From contig CAXXWQ010000004.1 of NCBI GenBank assembly GCA_963674945.2, forward strand, positions 2,400,001-2,464,000: a stretch of DNA of 64,000 bases. Reading direction: 5' to 3'. The position numbers and the translations under genes are program-made. This document shows, one piece after another, positions 40,116 through 51,529 of the stretch. Origin of the DNA: an uncultured Desulfosarcina sp. Lineage in GTDB: Bacteria > Desulfobacterota > Desulfobacteria > Desulfobacterales > Desulfosarcinaceae. The notes under the pieces were generated by a model that was given only the letters and a program-made list of their open reading frames with translations, had not been told where the DNA came from and did no database searches. Each line of letters begins with the position of its first letter. The first letter of the stretch is position 1.

Positions 40116-41516
40116 TCAGGAACCAAAACCAGGAAGATTGTATTTCCTTAGCAGGGAATACAGCCTGGACTGAGAGACACCAGACAGGCGAGACGCTTTT
40201 TTACGATCCCCCTTAGCCAGATCAAGTAACTCGGTAAGGTACTCTTTCTCAAGTTTCTCTCGTAGATCATACAACTTTGGAAAATTGCTTTCACTATTTA
40301 GCGCGATATCGGGCAACGTGGCGGCATTATCCTGTTGAGGGGATTTGAAGGAAATACCTTTAAGCCGGTATTGAGGTGGCAAATGTTTGGGTACCAATGT
40401 GGGGCCCTTACCGGCTGAAGCCAATGAATGCTCCAATACGTTGATCAGCTCGCGCACATTGCCCGGCCATTCGTGATTGGTAAGCATGGCCATAAAATCC
40501 GGTGAAATGGCCTTGGCCTCAATGTTGTAATGATTAGAAAGTTCATGGATTTTTTTATAAACGATTTCTTTAATATCTTTTCCGCGTTCCCGTAAAGGCG
40601 GAAGTTTAATTTCAATCGCCCGGATGCGGTATAATAAATCTTCCCTGAACAAGCTATTTTCAACCATCTGATCAAGGTCGAGGTTGGTCGCGGCCACCAG
40701 TCGGATATCGACGGCGATTTCCTTTTTTCCGCCGATGGGTCGGACTTTCCTTTCTTGAAGCGTCCGTAAAAACGTTTTTTGGACGGATAGGGGCATGTCG
40801 CCGACTTCATCAAGCATCAGTGTCCCACCATTGGCTTGGACCACAAGGCCATCCTGCCTGGCAGCGGCACCGGTAAAAGCGCCTTTTTCGTGACCAAACA
40901 GGGTGCTTTCGATCAGCGTGTCGGGAAGTGCGCCACAATCCACAGCAATAAACGGCCCGGAGGCTCTTCTGCTGTTTTCATGTATCGCCCTTGAAAAGAG
41001 CTCTTTGCCGGTCCCTGTTTCTCCGGTGATCAGGATGCTGGCATCCGTTGATGCGGCATTGGCAACTTCCTCCAGACACTTTCTAATGGCCGCTGATTCG
41101 CCAACGATGCCAGTCCGAACCAGGGGTACCAGCTGGCGGCTCGATAATTTTTCTCTCCGGTATGCCAGTGCCCTTTTTATGGGCAATGTCACCTCATCCA
41201 AATTGAAGGGCTTCTGAACATAGTCCCAGGCATCGTACTTGAACGCCATCTCCGCACCCCTGACGTCCCCGGTCCCGGTTATGATAATCACTTCAGGGGA
41301 ATAAGGGGCGTTGATAAGATCCGGCATGATATCCAGCCCGTTACCGTCCGGAAGTTCAAGATCCAGCAACACAAGATCGAATTTGTTGGCCTGGCTTAGT
41401 TTTTTCCCCTTGTCGATCCGGTTTGCCGTGAAGGTCTCATGCCCCATTTTATGAAGAAGGGTTTTTAAAAAAAGGCATATTTTCGAATCGTCATCGATAA
41501 TTAAAATTCGGGCCAT
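40116..41516 (-). CDS. Sigma54-dependent (NtrC-family) response regulator
   Basis: REC, GETGTGKE, GAFTGA, WPGNVREL, C-terminal HTH. Confidence 0.96.
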   Translation of the reverse strand: MARILIIDDDSKICLFLKTLLHKMGHETFTANRIDKGKKLSQANKFDLVLLDLELPDGNGLDIMPDLINAPYSPEVIIITGTGDVRGAEMAFKYDAWDYVQKPFNLDEVTLPIKRALAYRREKLSSRQLVPLVRTGIVGESAAIRKCLEEVANAASTDASILITGETGTGKELFSRAIHENSRRASGPFIAVDCGALPDTLIESTLFGHEKGAFTGAAARQDGLVVQANGGTLMLDEVGDMPLSVQKTFLRTLQERKVRPIGGKKEIAVDIRLVAATNLDLDQMVENSLFREDLLYRIRAIEIKLPPLRERGKDIKEIVYKKIHELSNHYNIEAKAISPDFMAMLTNHEWPGNVRELINVLEHSLASAGKGPTLVPKHLPPQYRLKGISFKSPQQDNAATLPDIALNSESNFPKLYDLREKLEKEYLTELLDLAKGDRKKASRLSGVSQSRLYSLLRKYNLPGFGS

Positions 41517-41519
41517 AGT

Positions 41520-44500
41520 TTACTCTTTATTCAGCGCATGGTGTACGGTTCTGGATAACTGACTGGCTATTATGGGCTTCATTACCATATCAACAATTCC
41601 TATCGAACGGCACTTCTCCTTGGTCAAGCCATGGCTGAACCCCGTACAAAGGATGATGGGTATATCCGGGTTGAGTCGTTTGATCTCCTTTGAAAAATCA
41701 AGGCCGGTCATTTGCGGCATGGTCATATCGGTCAAAACCAGGTCGTAGCCAGAGGGGTCGCTGGTAAAATGCGCCAAGGCCTCGGTACTTGAAATCATGC
41801 CCGTTGTCTCATACCCCAGCTTTGTCAGGATGCCGCATGTTCCCTTGACGATGGATTCTTCATCGTCCACGACCAAAACCCTACCGCTCCCCTTCACCAT
41901 CGGTTCTTTTGTTCTGGCTTTTTTGCGTTCAGCGGCGCCCGCTTGTAACGGCAACAGGATTTTAAAGGTGGTGCCAAGCCCCTCTTCACTGTAAACGGAT
42001 ACGCTGCCGCCCATTTTTTTAAGAATTCCATAAACGGTTGAAAGGCCCATTCCGGTACCTTCGCCGCGCTCCTTGGTGGTAAAGAACGGTTCAAAAATTC
42101 TGTCTACCAAGGCATTGGGAATGCCGCAACCCGTATCCGAAACGACGAGTTCAAGGTATTTGCCGCGTTTTATGCCTTTGAATTGGGCTGACTCATCCAT
42201 TGTGATATCAATGGTGGCCAGTCTGACGCCAAGAACGCCACCTTTATCTTTCATGGCGTGGGCGGCATTGGTAAACAAATTCATCAGGACCTGGTGGAAA
42301 AACGTCGGGTCTCCCAGCACCTGGTCGGTTTTGGTATTCAGCTCCGATCGAATTTCAATGCTGGCCGGTATGGATGCCCGAATGAATTTCAAAGTTTCTT
42401 TAATCAGGTGATTCAGGGAGAAAATTTGCGTTGTTTCATCAGCTTTCCTGCTGAAAGTCAGGATATGCCTGACAAGGTCCCTGGCTCTCAAACTCGCGGC
42501 ACTGACTTCGTCCAGATATCCGACAAGTGCGTTGTTTCCTTCCGCTTCCATTTTGGCCAAATCGGTAAACCCCATTAGGGCGGACAAGATATTGTTGAAA
42601 TCGTGAGCGATCCCGCCGGCCAGCACACCGATGGCTTCCATTTTCTGGGTTTGCAAAAGCTGCTTCTGTAATTCTTGCCGTTCCTTTTCTATCTTTTTTA
42701 TTTCCGTGATGTCCTGCACGACAGAGAGGATAAACAATTCACCCGATAAGTTGATGGGCCGCGCTGAATACAGTCCCATACGGACGGTGCCGTTCTTGCG
42801 CCGAAAATTCACCTCCAAATTCAACAGATCCCGCCCGGCCTCCAGCTCTTTTATCAAGTCCGACCGAAGCGTCGGTTTCGCCCAGAAACGAATTTCTGTG
42901 GACGTCAATCCGATAACCTCGCTTTTTTCCCACCCTGTAATTTCTTCGAAGCCGTCGTTGACATCAACGAAACATCCATCCTCCATCCGGGAGATAGCGA
43001 CGATGGACGGGGCCATGGCAAAAATCTTTGAAAACTTTTCCTCGGATTGCCGCAATTGCGCATCCGCCTGTTTACGTTCAGTGATGTCCTGATGGGTTCC
43101 GACTACCCGAACGGGCTTATTATTCTCATCTCTCTCGACGATCTTTCCCCGGCTGAATATCCACTTCCAGTCTCCTTTTTTTGTCTGCATCCTGAATTCT
43201 GTTGTATATCGATCTGTCTTTCCTTCGATATAATCAAAAAGCTGTCGCTTTGCTCGCCCGATATCGTCGGGATGAACCATTCGTTTCCAGGTGTCGAAAG
43301 TGCCCGGAAAATCGCCGGGTTCGTACCCCAACATGCGAAAGTAATTGGGGCTGTGATAGACATCTTCAGTGTCGAGGTTGAGATCCCACAGCCCATCACT
43401 GGCGGCATCGAACGCCAACTTCAATCGCTCTTCGCTTTCTTGGAGGGCCGCTTCCGCATTTTTACGATCCGTAATGTCGAGCGTGGTGGTCAATATGGCT
43501 TTTTCTGCCCCCCAATCAATAATCCGACTGGAAAAAAGAATATGTTCGCGCTTTTCACCCAGCTTCACGGCAATTTCAACACTATGTATCTCGCCTTTTT
43601 GTATTAACTCTTCCGTGATCCTCTTTTTATCATCCGAGTCGAGTGTCCGGCCAACCTCCTCCAATGTGCGGTCGATAAGCTCCTCTTGAGTTTTGCCTGT
43701 TTTCCTGCAGAAATATTGGTTGGCCATGAGGTAGCGCCCGTCCATGTCGCTGATCACACACGAGAACGGGAGAAGGTTGAAGAGCGCCTGGAATCGTTCC
43801 AAGCTGGCTCTCAATTCGGCTTTCGTTTTAATGATATCGCTGAGATCAATAAGATTGACCAATATGCTTTCGTCGACAAGGGTGGCCCGGACGCTTATGG
43901 TGCGAACGGTTCCGTCTTTACAGGTCACCTGGTAGCTTTTACCCTTTATCGGCTTACCGGACCGGATCGCTTCTTGTACGAGGTGCTCCCACTCCTGACG
44001 GACCTCTTCACGGTACTCAGGATCGGGATAGGCCAGAGACCACCAGTCATCAATCGTGGCGATATCCTCTTCGGAATAGCCAAACGTGTCGGTAAAGCCA
44101 CGGTTTAAAAGGGCCTGTCCATTGGCTGTGTACAACTCGACCATCGGCAACGGAGCGTTCTCGAAAAAGGATCGGTAGCGGGCTTCGCTTTTGGCGATTT
44201 CATCCTGAGCTTTTTGCAGCCGCAGCAACTTTTCGTTGAGTCGTCGTTTTAAAATGAAGGAAATACAGGCCAGGCTAATAATAAGCAGCAACAGGAAAAT
44301 GCCGACTGCCTTTAATCGCTCTACCGTTTTTGAAGACAACCCCACCTCTAAGTTCAGTTTTATCCATCGATCCTGAATCGCGGATAACGCTTCCGGAGAT
44401 GGACTCTCCACAGCTTTTTGAATCGAAGAAAATAACAACGGGTATTTCTTGCTTACGCCAATGCGTAATTCGGAGATATAATCGGTAATGCCGGCGACAC

Positions 44501-45170
44501 GAAGATTGGTGATTCCCTGCTGGCCGATGTGGTAAGAGGCAACGGCCAGGTTATTTACACAAGCATCCGCCTGTCCAAAAGCGACAGCGCGCAAGCACTC
44601 GGGAACATGGGTGAAGGTTATGAAGTTCAAAGATAAATCGTTAAAGCTTTTTAAATATTTTTCAATCGCGCTGCCGGAAACAACAGCGACTTTTTTATTG
44701 CTCAGATCTTTGAAGGTAATGCCGGTGCCGTAGTTTTGAGTGGTGATGATGACTGCGCGAATCTTGGCATAGACAGGTGAAAACAAAACATATTGGGCCC
44801 TGTCCGCGTTTTTGACAATCGCCGGGGCAACGGCACACGCTCCACTCTCTAGAGCAGCCTGATTCATGTTCCAGTCCCTGGAAACCGTTTTCGCAAAGGT
44901 GATGCCCAATTGTTTTTCCACCAGGGCGATCACATCGGCCGCCATCCCATTAAAATTTCCTTCTGCGTCGGAATATTCAATGGGGGGGAAATTATCATTG
45001 AACCAAAGGGGAATATCCTCGGAATGCTGGCCCAGCCACTCTTTTTCCGCCATTGTCAGGGTCTGGAGTTCCGGCTCAATGGCATCAGCTGTGGTTCTGC
45101 AAAGGATCAAGAGAAAGAAAAGGCCCATCCACTTGAGATTAAAAAAAGAAGAAATATAAGTGCCGTTCAT
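41520..45170 (-). CDS. Hybrid histidine kinase (periplasmic binding domain, 4 PAS, HK, REC)
   Basis: GIAHDFNNIL, N box NAAHAM, DTGCG, FFTTK, C-terminal REC. Confidence 0.96.
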   Translation of the reverse strand: MNGTYISSFFNLKWMGLFFLLILCRTTADAIEPELQTLTMAEKEWLGQHSEDIPLWFNDNFPPIEYSDAEGNFNGMAADVIALVEKQLGITFAKTVSRDWNMNQAALESGACAVAPAIVKNADRAQYVLFSPVYAKIRAVIITTQNYGTGITFKDLSNKKVAVVSGSAIEKYLKSFNDLSLNFITFTHVPECLRAVAFGQADACVNNLAVASYHIGQQGITNLRVAGITDYISELRIGVSKKYPLLFSSIQKAVESPSPEALSAIQDRWIKLNLEVGLSSKTVERLKAVGIFLLLLIISLACISFILKRRLNEKLLRLQKAQDEIAKSEARYRSFFENAPLPMVELYTANGQALLNRGFTDTFGYSEEDIATIDDWWSLAYPDPEYREEVRQEWEHLVQEAIRSGKPIKGKSYQVTCKDGTVRTISVRATLVDESILVNLIDLSDIIKTKAELRASLERFQALFNLLPFSCVISDMDGRYLMANQYFCRKTGKTQEELIDRTLEEVGRTLDSDDKKRITEELIQKGEIHSVEIAVKLGEKREHILFSSRIIDWGAEKAILTTTLDITDRKNAEAALQESEERLKLAFDAASDGLWDLNLDTEDVYHSPNYFRMLGYEPGDFPGTFDTWKRMVHPDDIGRAKRQLFDYIEGKTDRYTTEFRMQTKKGDWKWIFSRGKIVERDENNKPVRVVGTHQDITERKQADAQLRQSEEKFSKIFAMAPSIVAISRMEDGCFVDVNDGFEEITGWEKSEVIGLTSTEIRFWAKPTLRSDLIKELEAGRDLLNLEVNFRRKNGTVRMGLYSARPINLSGELFILSVVQDITEIKKIEKERQELQKQLLQTQKMEAIGVLAGGIAHDFNNILSALMGFTDLAKMEAEGNNALVGYLDEVSAASLRARDLVRHILTFSRKADETTQIFSLNHLIKETLKFIRASIPASIEIRSELNTKTDQVLGDPTFFHQVLMNLFTNAAHAMKDKGGVLGVRLATIDITMDESAQFKGIKRGKYLELVVSDTGCGIPNALVDRIFEPFFTTKERGEGTGMGLSTVYGILKKMGGSVSVYSEEGLGTTFKILLPLQAGAAERKKARTKEPMVKGSGRVLVVDDEESIVKGTCGILTKLGYETTGMISSTEALAHFTSDPSGYDLVLTDMTMPQMTGLDFSKEIKRLNPDIPIILCTGFSHGLTKEKCRSIGIVDMVMKPIIASQLSRTVHHALNKE

Positions 45171-46208
45171 ATTAAGCTCTCGTCATCTACTATAACTGAA
45201 GTGCCCTGATGGAGGGCAGCTTTGATTGGTTAGGCAAAACAATATCCCCATGTCTGTAAAATTATCGGTAACGGCGCAGACAGGATGACCTAAAACTACC
45301 AATAAAATATACGGGTTGCTGAGATCGCTTGTCGAGGGAAAAAATTGAGATCCAAAAGGCGCTATGAATCTGCCAGGGTGGCTGCTACCCATTTCCCGAC
45401 CCCAATTCATTATTTCCGGTATAGAGATCGGCTTGGTATAGTATGGAAAGGGCAGGAATTTCTATAACTTGTTATAGCCGTATCATACTTCATGGTTTCT
45501 GAAACGTGCGTTTTACCGCTATGTCTCTGTACTCAAACAAACCGCCAATGAAAGGCGGTTATATACAAGATCTTGTGGTGGGCCATCTTTTTAGAATTTT
45601 GCAGGTTAGTCGCATATATCCCAATAGTCATCAGTTCTTACGCCGGTGCAGATTTCAATACCTAGTCGCAACTGGATGAAGAGAGCAGATACATTATGCA
45701 TCCGAAAAATTGTGACCAGCTATCTATATGCCACATAGGTTCCGAACTCTATAGGGTCGCGTTGCCCGGTATTGTATTGTCTACAGTTGGTAAACCATAT
45801 GGGCTTAATCTGCACTCGGTAGCACATTCTCTTCTGAGTCCTCCCGAAATGATGTAAAAAAGTATTCGCTACTAATCGTTTTACTTCTCGTCGCTTGGGA
45901 TCACTTTGGGGACGGGCATGAAATGATGCGTTTCACTCCAAAAAATGGAAATTTGTATATCGGACAGTTAGGGATCACAGCACCCAAGCGTAACAAAGCG
46001 TTTCACTTTCATTGATAATACGTGATCGCCGGTCCACGAAATCTTCGCCATCGACGTCATCTAAAAAACCTTCCGATGCGCAATCCCTCGGCAAATGATG
46101 TGCTGCAACGATCCAGGCGCATCTATACGGGCTTTTCTCGGCATCCAATGTAGGCATCATCTTCTCTTCAAAACAGTAGCGATATCATGGTTATCGGGGG
46201 AGTATCTG

Positions 46209-48188
46209 TCAGGTCGCAAACACCCGAACCTGATAGGGCGCCAATGAGAGTCGCGCTGAACCCGCATCATTCTGTTCCAGAGGCGCGCAGTGCTGTGGCG
46301 GCGCGATCTCGGTAACCGATGGCAGATCCATCCAGTACCAAGGCAGGTTATAATGGTCGTATGACTGCGGTCCGATGTTCCCTGCCACGACAATCTGATC
46401 GTTGCCCCCCAGCCTGACACCGCGAGTACGGCAGTAGACGAACACCCTGGCGCCATCGTTTCGATCGAAATCGGGATGGAAATGGAAAAATTCGGTTTCA
46501 TTGCGGGTCAGTGCCGGATGTCCGATCCGTATCGCGATCAACGCAGCCACCTTGCGCCACAAATCGCGGTTGTTGGCCGAAGCATCGATCCGCTCCCAGT
46601 CCACCGGATCGGACATCTTCAGGCGCCAATTGCGATGGTCGAGATCGTGCACATCACCGAATTCATCGCCGGCAAGAATCATAGGGATGCCGATAGAGGT
46701 CATCAGCAGACAGAAAGCGCTACGCAGACGCTCAAGGGCCAGGCCATGGAGGAAGCGTTGCCGATCGTCGGCGCCTGTCTCGATATGATCGGCCACCCAG
46801 CGGATATCGTCTACCGTACTTCGATACCCCTGGTCATCGAGCATTGGCGCCAGGAGATAGTTCATGATGCGTTTTTCGTCATCCTTTTCTACGTCGTGGG
46901 ACGTCAGGTAGTTGACCGCCTGGGAGAGATCATAGAAGCCCGGGTCGGCCGTCTTGCTCATGTCATTCCAGATCTGGCCGCCCGTCACCATCCAGCGGAT
47001 ACGCTCCCGACGCGAGGGCTCCCCCCATGCCGTTTCGAGATGGCCGGAAAACGTCCGGCGCAATTCGTCGCGAAAGGCGAAGTTCCACATGGCGTCGGTA
47101 ACCTTGCGGCCGTTGGGATTGTCGCTCCGTGTATGGGTTATGACTGCCCGTCGCCAGGAGTCCTCGGCGATGACGATAAAAGGCCGGCCGGGAAAGGTCT
47201 GTTGGTGGGTATACCAGGCATGATCTCGAAACTGCTGGATGAACGCCCAATGATTGATACCCTTGAATTCATCGATCCTGAAGCCGTCGGCATGGTACTC
47301 GGTGATCAGGTAATCGGCCATGCGCAACTGAAAATCCCGCGCCGGGGTCTGGTCATTTTCGTCTGGCCAATAGCGAAACAGGTTCGCGCCATAATCCTCA
47401 CCCCGATGCGAGCGCTCATCGTCATCGCTGGAAAGGAAGTAACGTGAATAGTCAAGCCGTGCCAAAGGGCAATTGCGGGCGTGATTCATCACCACGTCAA
47501 AAATGACCCGGATTCCCCGCCGATGGCAATGTTTGATGAAGAATTTGAGTTCGACCGGCATCCCCATGTCGATGTCGGGGGCGAAGAAGAAGCGGGTCCC
47601 ATAGCCCCAATTGAGGGTGTCCGGTGAATCCTGCACCGGTAGCAGCTCAATGGCATTGATGCCCAGCTCCTTGAGCCGATCGAGATGGGCGAACACTGTC
47701 TTCTCGAAGGTCCCCAGACCCACCTGGCGTGCCTTTTCCGGAGCGCTCTCCATCCAGCGCATGGGCATTTCATAGATCACCAACTGGTGGTTGTTGTACA
47801 ACTCATTTTCGGGGGTAAATTCATCCTCCCAGGTGAACGGCTGCTGCCAGCGATGGCTGTCACGGATCTGAAAGATTCCTCGATAGCCGCCGAAACGGGT
47901 GATATGGACGGCATATGGATCGGCGATAGGCGCATCGATTGCGCCATTTAAAATGAACTCATATTCATAATCGCCATCATCCAAATCCAGTATATTCAGA
48001 TCGATCTCGAACCAACCGTCCTGACCGGCGACCGGTTCCAGTTCAACGGTTCTCCAGTTTTGCGGATCGTAACGATCACGTTGAAGGATATCGGCAAAGC
48101 GCATCTCGATGCGACTGCCGGCGGGGGCGGGTATCCGCAGATGAGGATCTATCACCGTTCCATGAGGGTAGTTATGATTGTTTGGCAT
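46209..48188 (-). CDS. GH13 alpha-amylase-family (branching/debranching-like) enzyme
   Basis: IELLPV, WGY, DVVMNH, DGFRID, IAED, TSHD. Confidence 0.9.
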   Translation of the reverse strand: MPNNHNYPHGTVIDPHLRIPAPAGSRIEMRFADILQRDRYDPQNWRTVELEPVAGQDGWFEIDLNILDLDDGDYEYEFILNGAIDAPIADPYAVHITRFGGYRGIFQIRDSHRWQQPFTWEDEFTPENELYNNHQLVIYEMPMRWMESAPEKARQVGLGTFEKTVFAHLDRLKELGINAIELLPVQDSPDTLNWGYGTRFFFAPDIDMGMPVELKFFIKHCHRRGIRVIFDVVMNHARNCPLARLDYSRYFLSSDDDERSHRGEDYGANLFRYWPDENDQTPARDFQLRMADYLITEYHADGFRIDEFKGINHWAFIQQFRDHAWYTHQQTFPGRPFIVIAEDSWRRAVITHTRSDNPNGRKVTDAMWNFAFRDELRRTFSGHLETAWGEPSRRERIRWMVTGGQIWNDMSKTADPGFYDLSQAVNYLTSHDVEKDDEKRIMNYLLAPMLDDQGYRSTVDDIRWVADHIETGADDRQRFLHGLALERLRSAFCLLMTSIGIPMILAGDEFGDVHDLDHRNWRLKMSDPVDWERIDASANNRDLWRKVAALIAIRIGHPALTRNETEFFHFHPDFDRNDGARVFVYCRTRGVRLGGNDQIVVAGNIGPQSYDHYNLPWYWMDLPSVTEIAPPQHCAPLEQNDAGSARLSLAPYQVRVFAT

Positions 48189-48555
48189 ATCATCCCTCCA
48201 TCCCAATTGATGTATATGGATATAACTTATGTTAGGTAAAAGTAATCAGTGGATCGGAAAGTCTCTATTCTACTTTCGAGAGTTGATCGCAGTTCGAAAA
48301 AATCGAAACAATTTAAATTTTGCAGTGAATGATATTGGTTTAGAGATATATTTTTTACCGATTATCACTGTAAATGATTCATAGATGTGATTCAGCTCAC
48401 ATTTGACATTTCCAACGCTATTGGCACAGATCGCCATCTGAAAAAGCAGGTAGAGAAAATTAAAAATGATCAAAATGGGTAATGTGGAGACCCATGACCT
48501 TTGACACCATGACCTTTTTGTGTGGAATCCGACCCGTAAGATTATTTGGTGCCTT

Positions 48556-49758
48556 TCAAAAATTTGAATGCCGTAAAAGGATCGACACCAGCGAAATAAG
48601 TCCTCCTACCGTAGCAATTCCGAGCCAAAATAACCCGGCATCTCCCATGGTACCGATTAACATCGGCACCATGCCACCACCGATAATAAATGCGAAAGGA
48701 ATCGTGATCGATATAGCGATATGACGGGTTTCTTGTGGGCTGATCAGGGACAGGGCAACAAGGGCAGCTGGTGGAAAGCATACGGCGATCATGGGTTGAA
48801 GAAAAACGAAAACGAGCGTCCACAGGCCCTCTCCAAAACCAAGTGCCGTCGTCAGTAAGCCTGTTAGGATAAGGATCCAAAACAGGGTGCGCTTCGGACC
48901 GAAACGATCAGTCGCCCAGCCCCCTGCAAAAACGATCGCCAAACCAGGAATTCTCGAAATTGCGACAAGGGTATTGGCCATTTCCCGCTCCATCCCCTTT
49001 TCGGTTACCAGATAAAGTGGGAGCATTGTATAAATGCCTAAAATACCGCCAATACCCACACAAAAAACAATCAACATGATCAAGAATGATTTTTGTTTCA
49101 CCAACGTTAGAAACACACCGAATTTAAGTGCTTTCCCGGCGAAATTCCCGCCTTTGCCCCAGTGGTTGTTTACTATACCCAGTAAAAGAGAAATCATCCC
49201 CAAAAGCAGCAATATCACACGCCAGGAGAACCAATGTAACAAAAACTCAGCCAACAGAGGGGCCATCACGAATCCCAAACCTGGCGCCAGCTCGTGAATT
49301 GCGAAGGCTTTGCCCCATTGGTTTGGATTGATAATGGAGGTAATCGTGGCCAAACCGGAAGGAAGGTAAAGTCCGGCAGTCAAGCCGATCAGATATAAAC
49401 TGGTGAGCAAAACCCATTTGTTCGAGCTGAAAGAAATTGGCAAGAATGCTAACCCAAGCGCAATGGCTGACAGTGATATGGTTTTTTTATGGGTTATGAA
49501 GGAAGAAAGAAAGCCGGAGCTCAGCATTCCGGAGAAATACCCAATAGATATGAACAGAAAAAGCATTCCGGCGTCACTGTGGGTGATGTTCAAGTCCCCC
49601 TCGATCGTCGGCATCAACGGTGAGAAAATGATTCTGGCTGTAAAGTTAATGAAAAAAATCAATACCAGTAAAAGCAAAACGGGAAGTTGAGAACGCATAC
49701 TCCCATAGCTGTTGACATGATCAACCCCGAATGCATCTTTTTGGGATTTGGCATTCAA
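48556..49758 (-). CDS. MFS transporter
   Basis: About 12 hydrophobic helices; GWATDRFGPKR motif. Confidence 0.92.
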   Translation of the reverse strand: MNAKSQKDAFGVDHVNSYGSMRSQLPVLLLLVLIFFINFTARIIFSPLMPTIEGDLNITHSDAGMLFLFISIGYFSGMLSSGFLSSFITHKKTISLSAIALGLAFLPISFSSNKWVLLTSLYLIGLTAGLYLPSGLATITSIINPNQWGKAFAIHELAPGLGFVMAPLLAEFLLHWFSWRVILLLLGMISLLLGIVNNHWGKGGNFAGKALKFGVFLTLVKQKSFLIMLIVFCVGIGGILGIYTMLPLYLVTEKGMEREMANTLVAISRIPGLAIVFAGGWATDRFGPKRTLFWILILTGLLTTALGFGEGLWTLVFVFLQPMIAVCFPPAALVALSLISPQETRHIAISITIPFAFIIGGGMVPMLIGTMGDAGLFWLGIATVGGLISLVSILLRHSNF

Positions 49759-49796
49759 AATAACAATCCTTATACTTCATTGAGGCATTTTACAGG

Positions 49797-50498
49797 TCAT
49801 TGGATTACTCTTGATAGTATCGAGAATCTCGTGCTGGGAACTTTTCCACACCCGCCGCTTCCCATCAATATGATCTCATCCTGTCTGAGTTTTACCAATA
49901 AGGGTATGACCGAATTTTTTGTCGTGCCGTTGTAATGGGTAAATTGAATTAACTCATCGGTATGGACTTCATACGTTTGATTTTCCTCGTCATGTTCACA
50001 TAATCCCGATGAGCCCATCCCGATAGCGGCGAGTGAACCTTCAATTAAATCAAATGTCCCATCATCATATATTTTGACGATTCCGGTTGGATCATGGATC
50101 AAATCATCATCGAGATTCGTAATTTTCCAAGTGCCGATCATTGCCTCCGATAGAACCAGGGTGATCTCTTCCAATGCATCCTGAACGTTGTCCGACGCAA
50201 TATTGGAATTAATGACGTTCTCAAAAATTACATTTTCCGCCATTATCTGTGTTTCAGTATCAATGGATTGGGCGTAAGCACTTTGCGTCAGATTGAAATT
50301 GAACGGATTGATATCTTCGGAGGAGTGCGATGGGGCCGCATTGGATTGATTCCTTGCACCCGAGTTAAATATTATATTTTTCGACAGGTATTTTGTACCA
50401 TCGCTACGGTCGCTGATACTGCTGTCGTCAGTACCACAGGCGATTAAATTGCATGATAAGAAGACACCAAAAACAATTGATATAAGATATCGTACCAC
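49797..50498 (-). CDS. Putative lipoprotein
   Basis: Signal peptide with LIAC lipobox. Confidence 0.7.
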   Translation of the reverse strand: MVRYLISIVFGVFLSCNLIACGTDDSSISDRSDGTKYLSKNIIFNSGARNQSNAAPSHSSEDINPFNFNLTQSAYAQSIDTETQIMAENVIFENVINSNIASDNVQDALEEITLVLSEAMIGTWKITNLDDDLIHDPTGIVKIYDDGTFDLIEGSLAAIGMGSSGLCEHDEENQTYEVHTDELIQFTHYNGTTKNSVIPLLVKLRQDEIILMGSGGCGKVPSTRFSILSRVIQ

Positions 50499-50977
50499 AA
50501 TTTTTTCCTTCCGTATTGGGATTGTATGGTGTGAGGATGGCTATTGGCGGTTCAGCTACACATTGACATGCCAATCCATACAACGAAGCGAAAATCATAT
50601 GTCAGGACAATGTTCAGTGAGCCAAGGTTTTTTTGATCGGCCGTTTTTCGAAAAACTATAGCTGAACCGTTAGAAAAAGGGATATTAAGGGGCATGATGT
50701 TGAAATGGCGAATCGGTTGGGACATTTGTGATGAATCGATGCAACGCAACTTCCTCACAGGAACGATCAGGAGAGATCCGATTAATGGAAGGCCCCTATT
50801 ACCGGTATAAAAAATCATTATACCAAAAGTGGCGGAAAGGAAGTAATTTATCGCGTTCCCAATACAGACGCCACTCACGCGCGAGGCTGTCGGTGTGGAC
50901 GGCAACCCTGCCAGCACCATTCTCGTGTAAATCACAGTGCTGGCCGGGTTGTAAGAATATGATCCTGTGAGGCCGAC

Positions 50978-51277
50978 TTATTCCTGAACTTCTTCGAAAT
51001 TGACGATCACGATGGAACGCGTGGCTTTGCCCTTGGACACAGTTCCGCTGACTTTGACGGTCTTGCCGATCATTGCGCTAATATTCTGCCCCAAAACGTT
51101 AAAGGATTGACCATCGTCCATTTTGATGACAGTGATGCCTTTTTCCCCTTTTTCCACCTTGCCCTGAATGGTTTGTTCCCCTGCCGGGACCTTATCCGAA
51201 GCAAGTGTGGAAGTTCCGATCAGTAGCCCTGCAACCAGCATAAACACAAAAGCGGATCTAAAATAACTGTTTTTCAT
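50978..51277 (-). CDS. Small exported OB-fold-like protein
   Basis: Signal peptide; TIQGKVE...GKTVKVSGTV; SD GAGGAG. Confidence 0.8.
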   Translation of the reverse strand: MKNSYFRSAFVFMLVAGLLIGTSTLASDKVPAGEQTIQGKVEKGEKGITVIKMDDGQSFNVLGQNISAMIGKTVKVSGTVSKGKATRSIVIVNFEEVQE

Positions 51278-51359
51278 TTTTGTTCTCCTCTTGATAACGG
51301 TTGATTAAAGCCTTGCAACAGTTTCGATTGGATTGACCCGGAAGGCTGCAGTCAATAGA

Positions 51360-51375
51360 AGCAATTCTTGTTCCA
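51360..51375 (-). promoter_or_regulatory. Sigma54 promoter
   Basis: TGGAAC-AAGAA-TTGCT on the minus strand. Confidence 0.7.
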
Positions 51376-51529
51376 TAAAAAATATCGTGTAATTATAAGA
51401 TTTTATAAAACAGAAGATTGCAAACGAGAACTTATAGATCCGAATTCTGGCGCAGATAGGTCCCGGTTCTTCCGATTTTTTAGGGAAAATGAACGTCTCT
51501 AATTAACAAATTATTCGATGCAAACGCCA

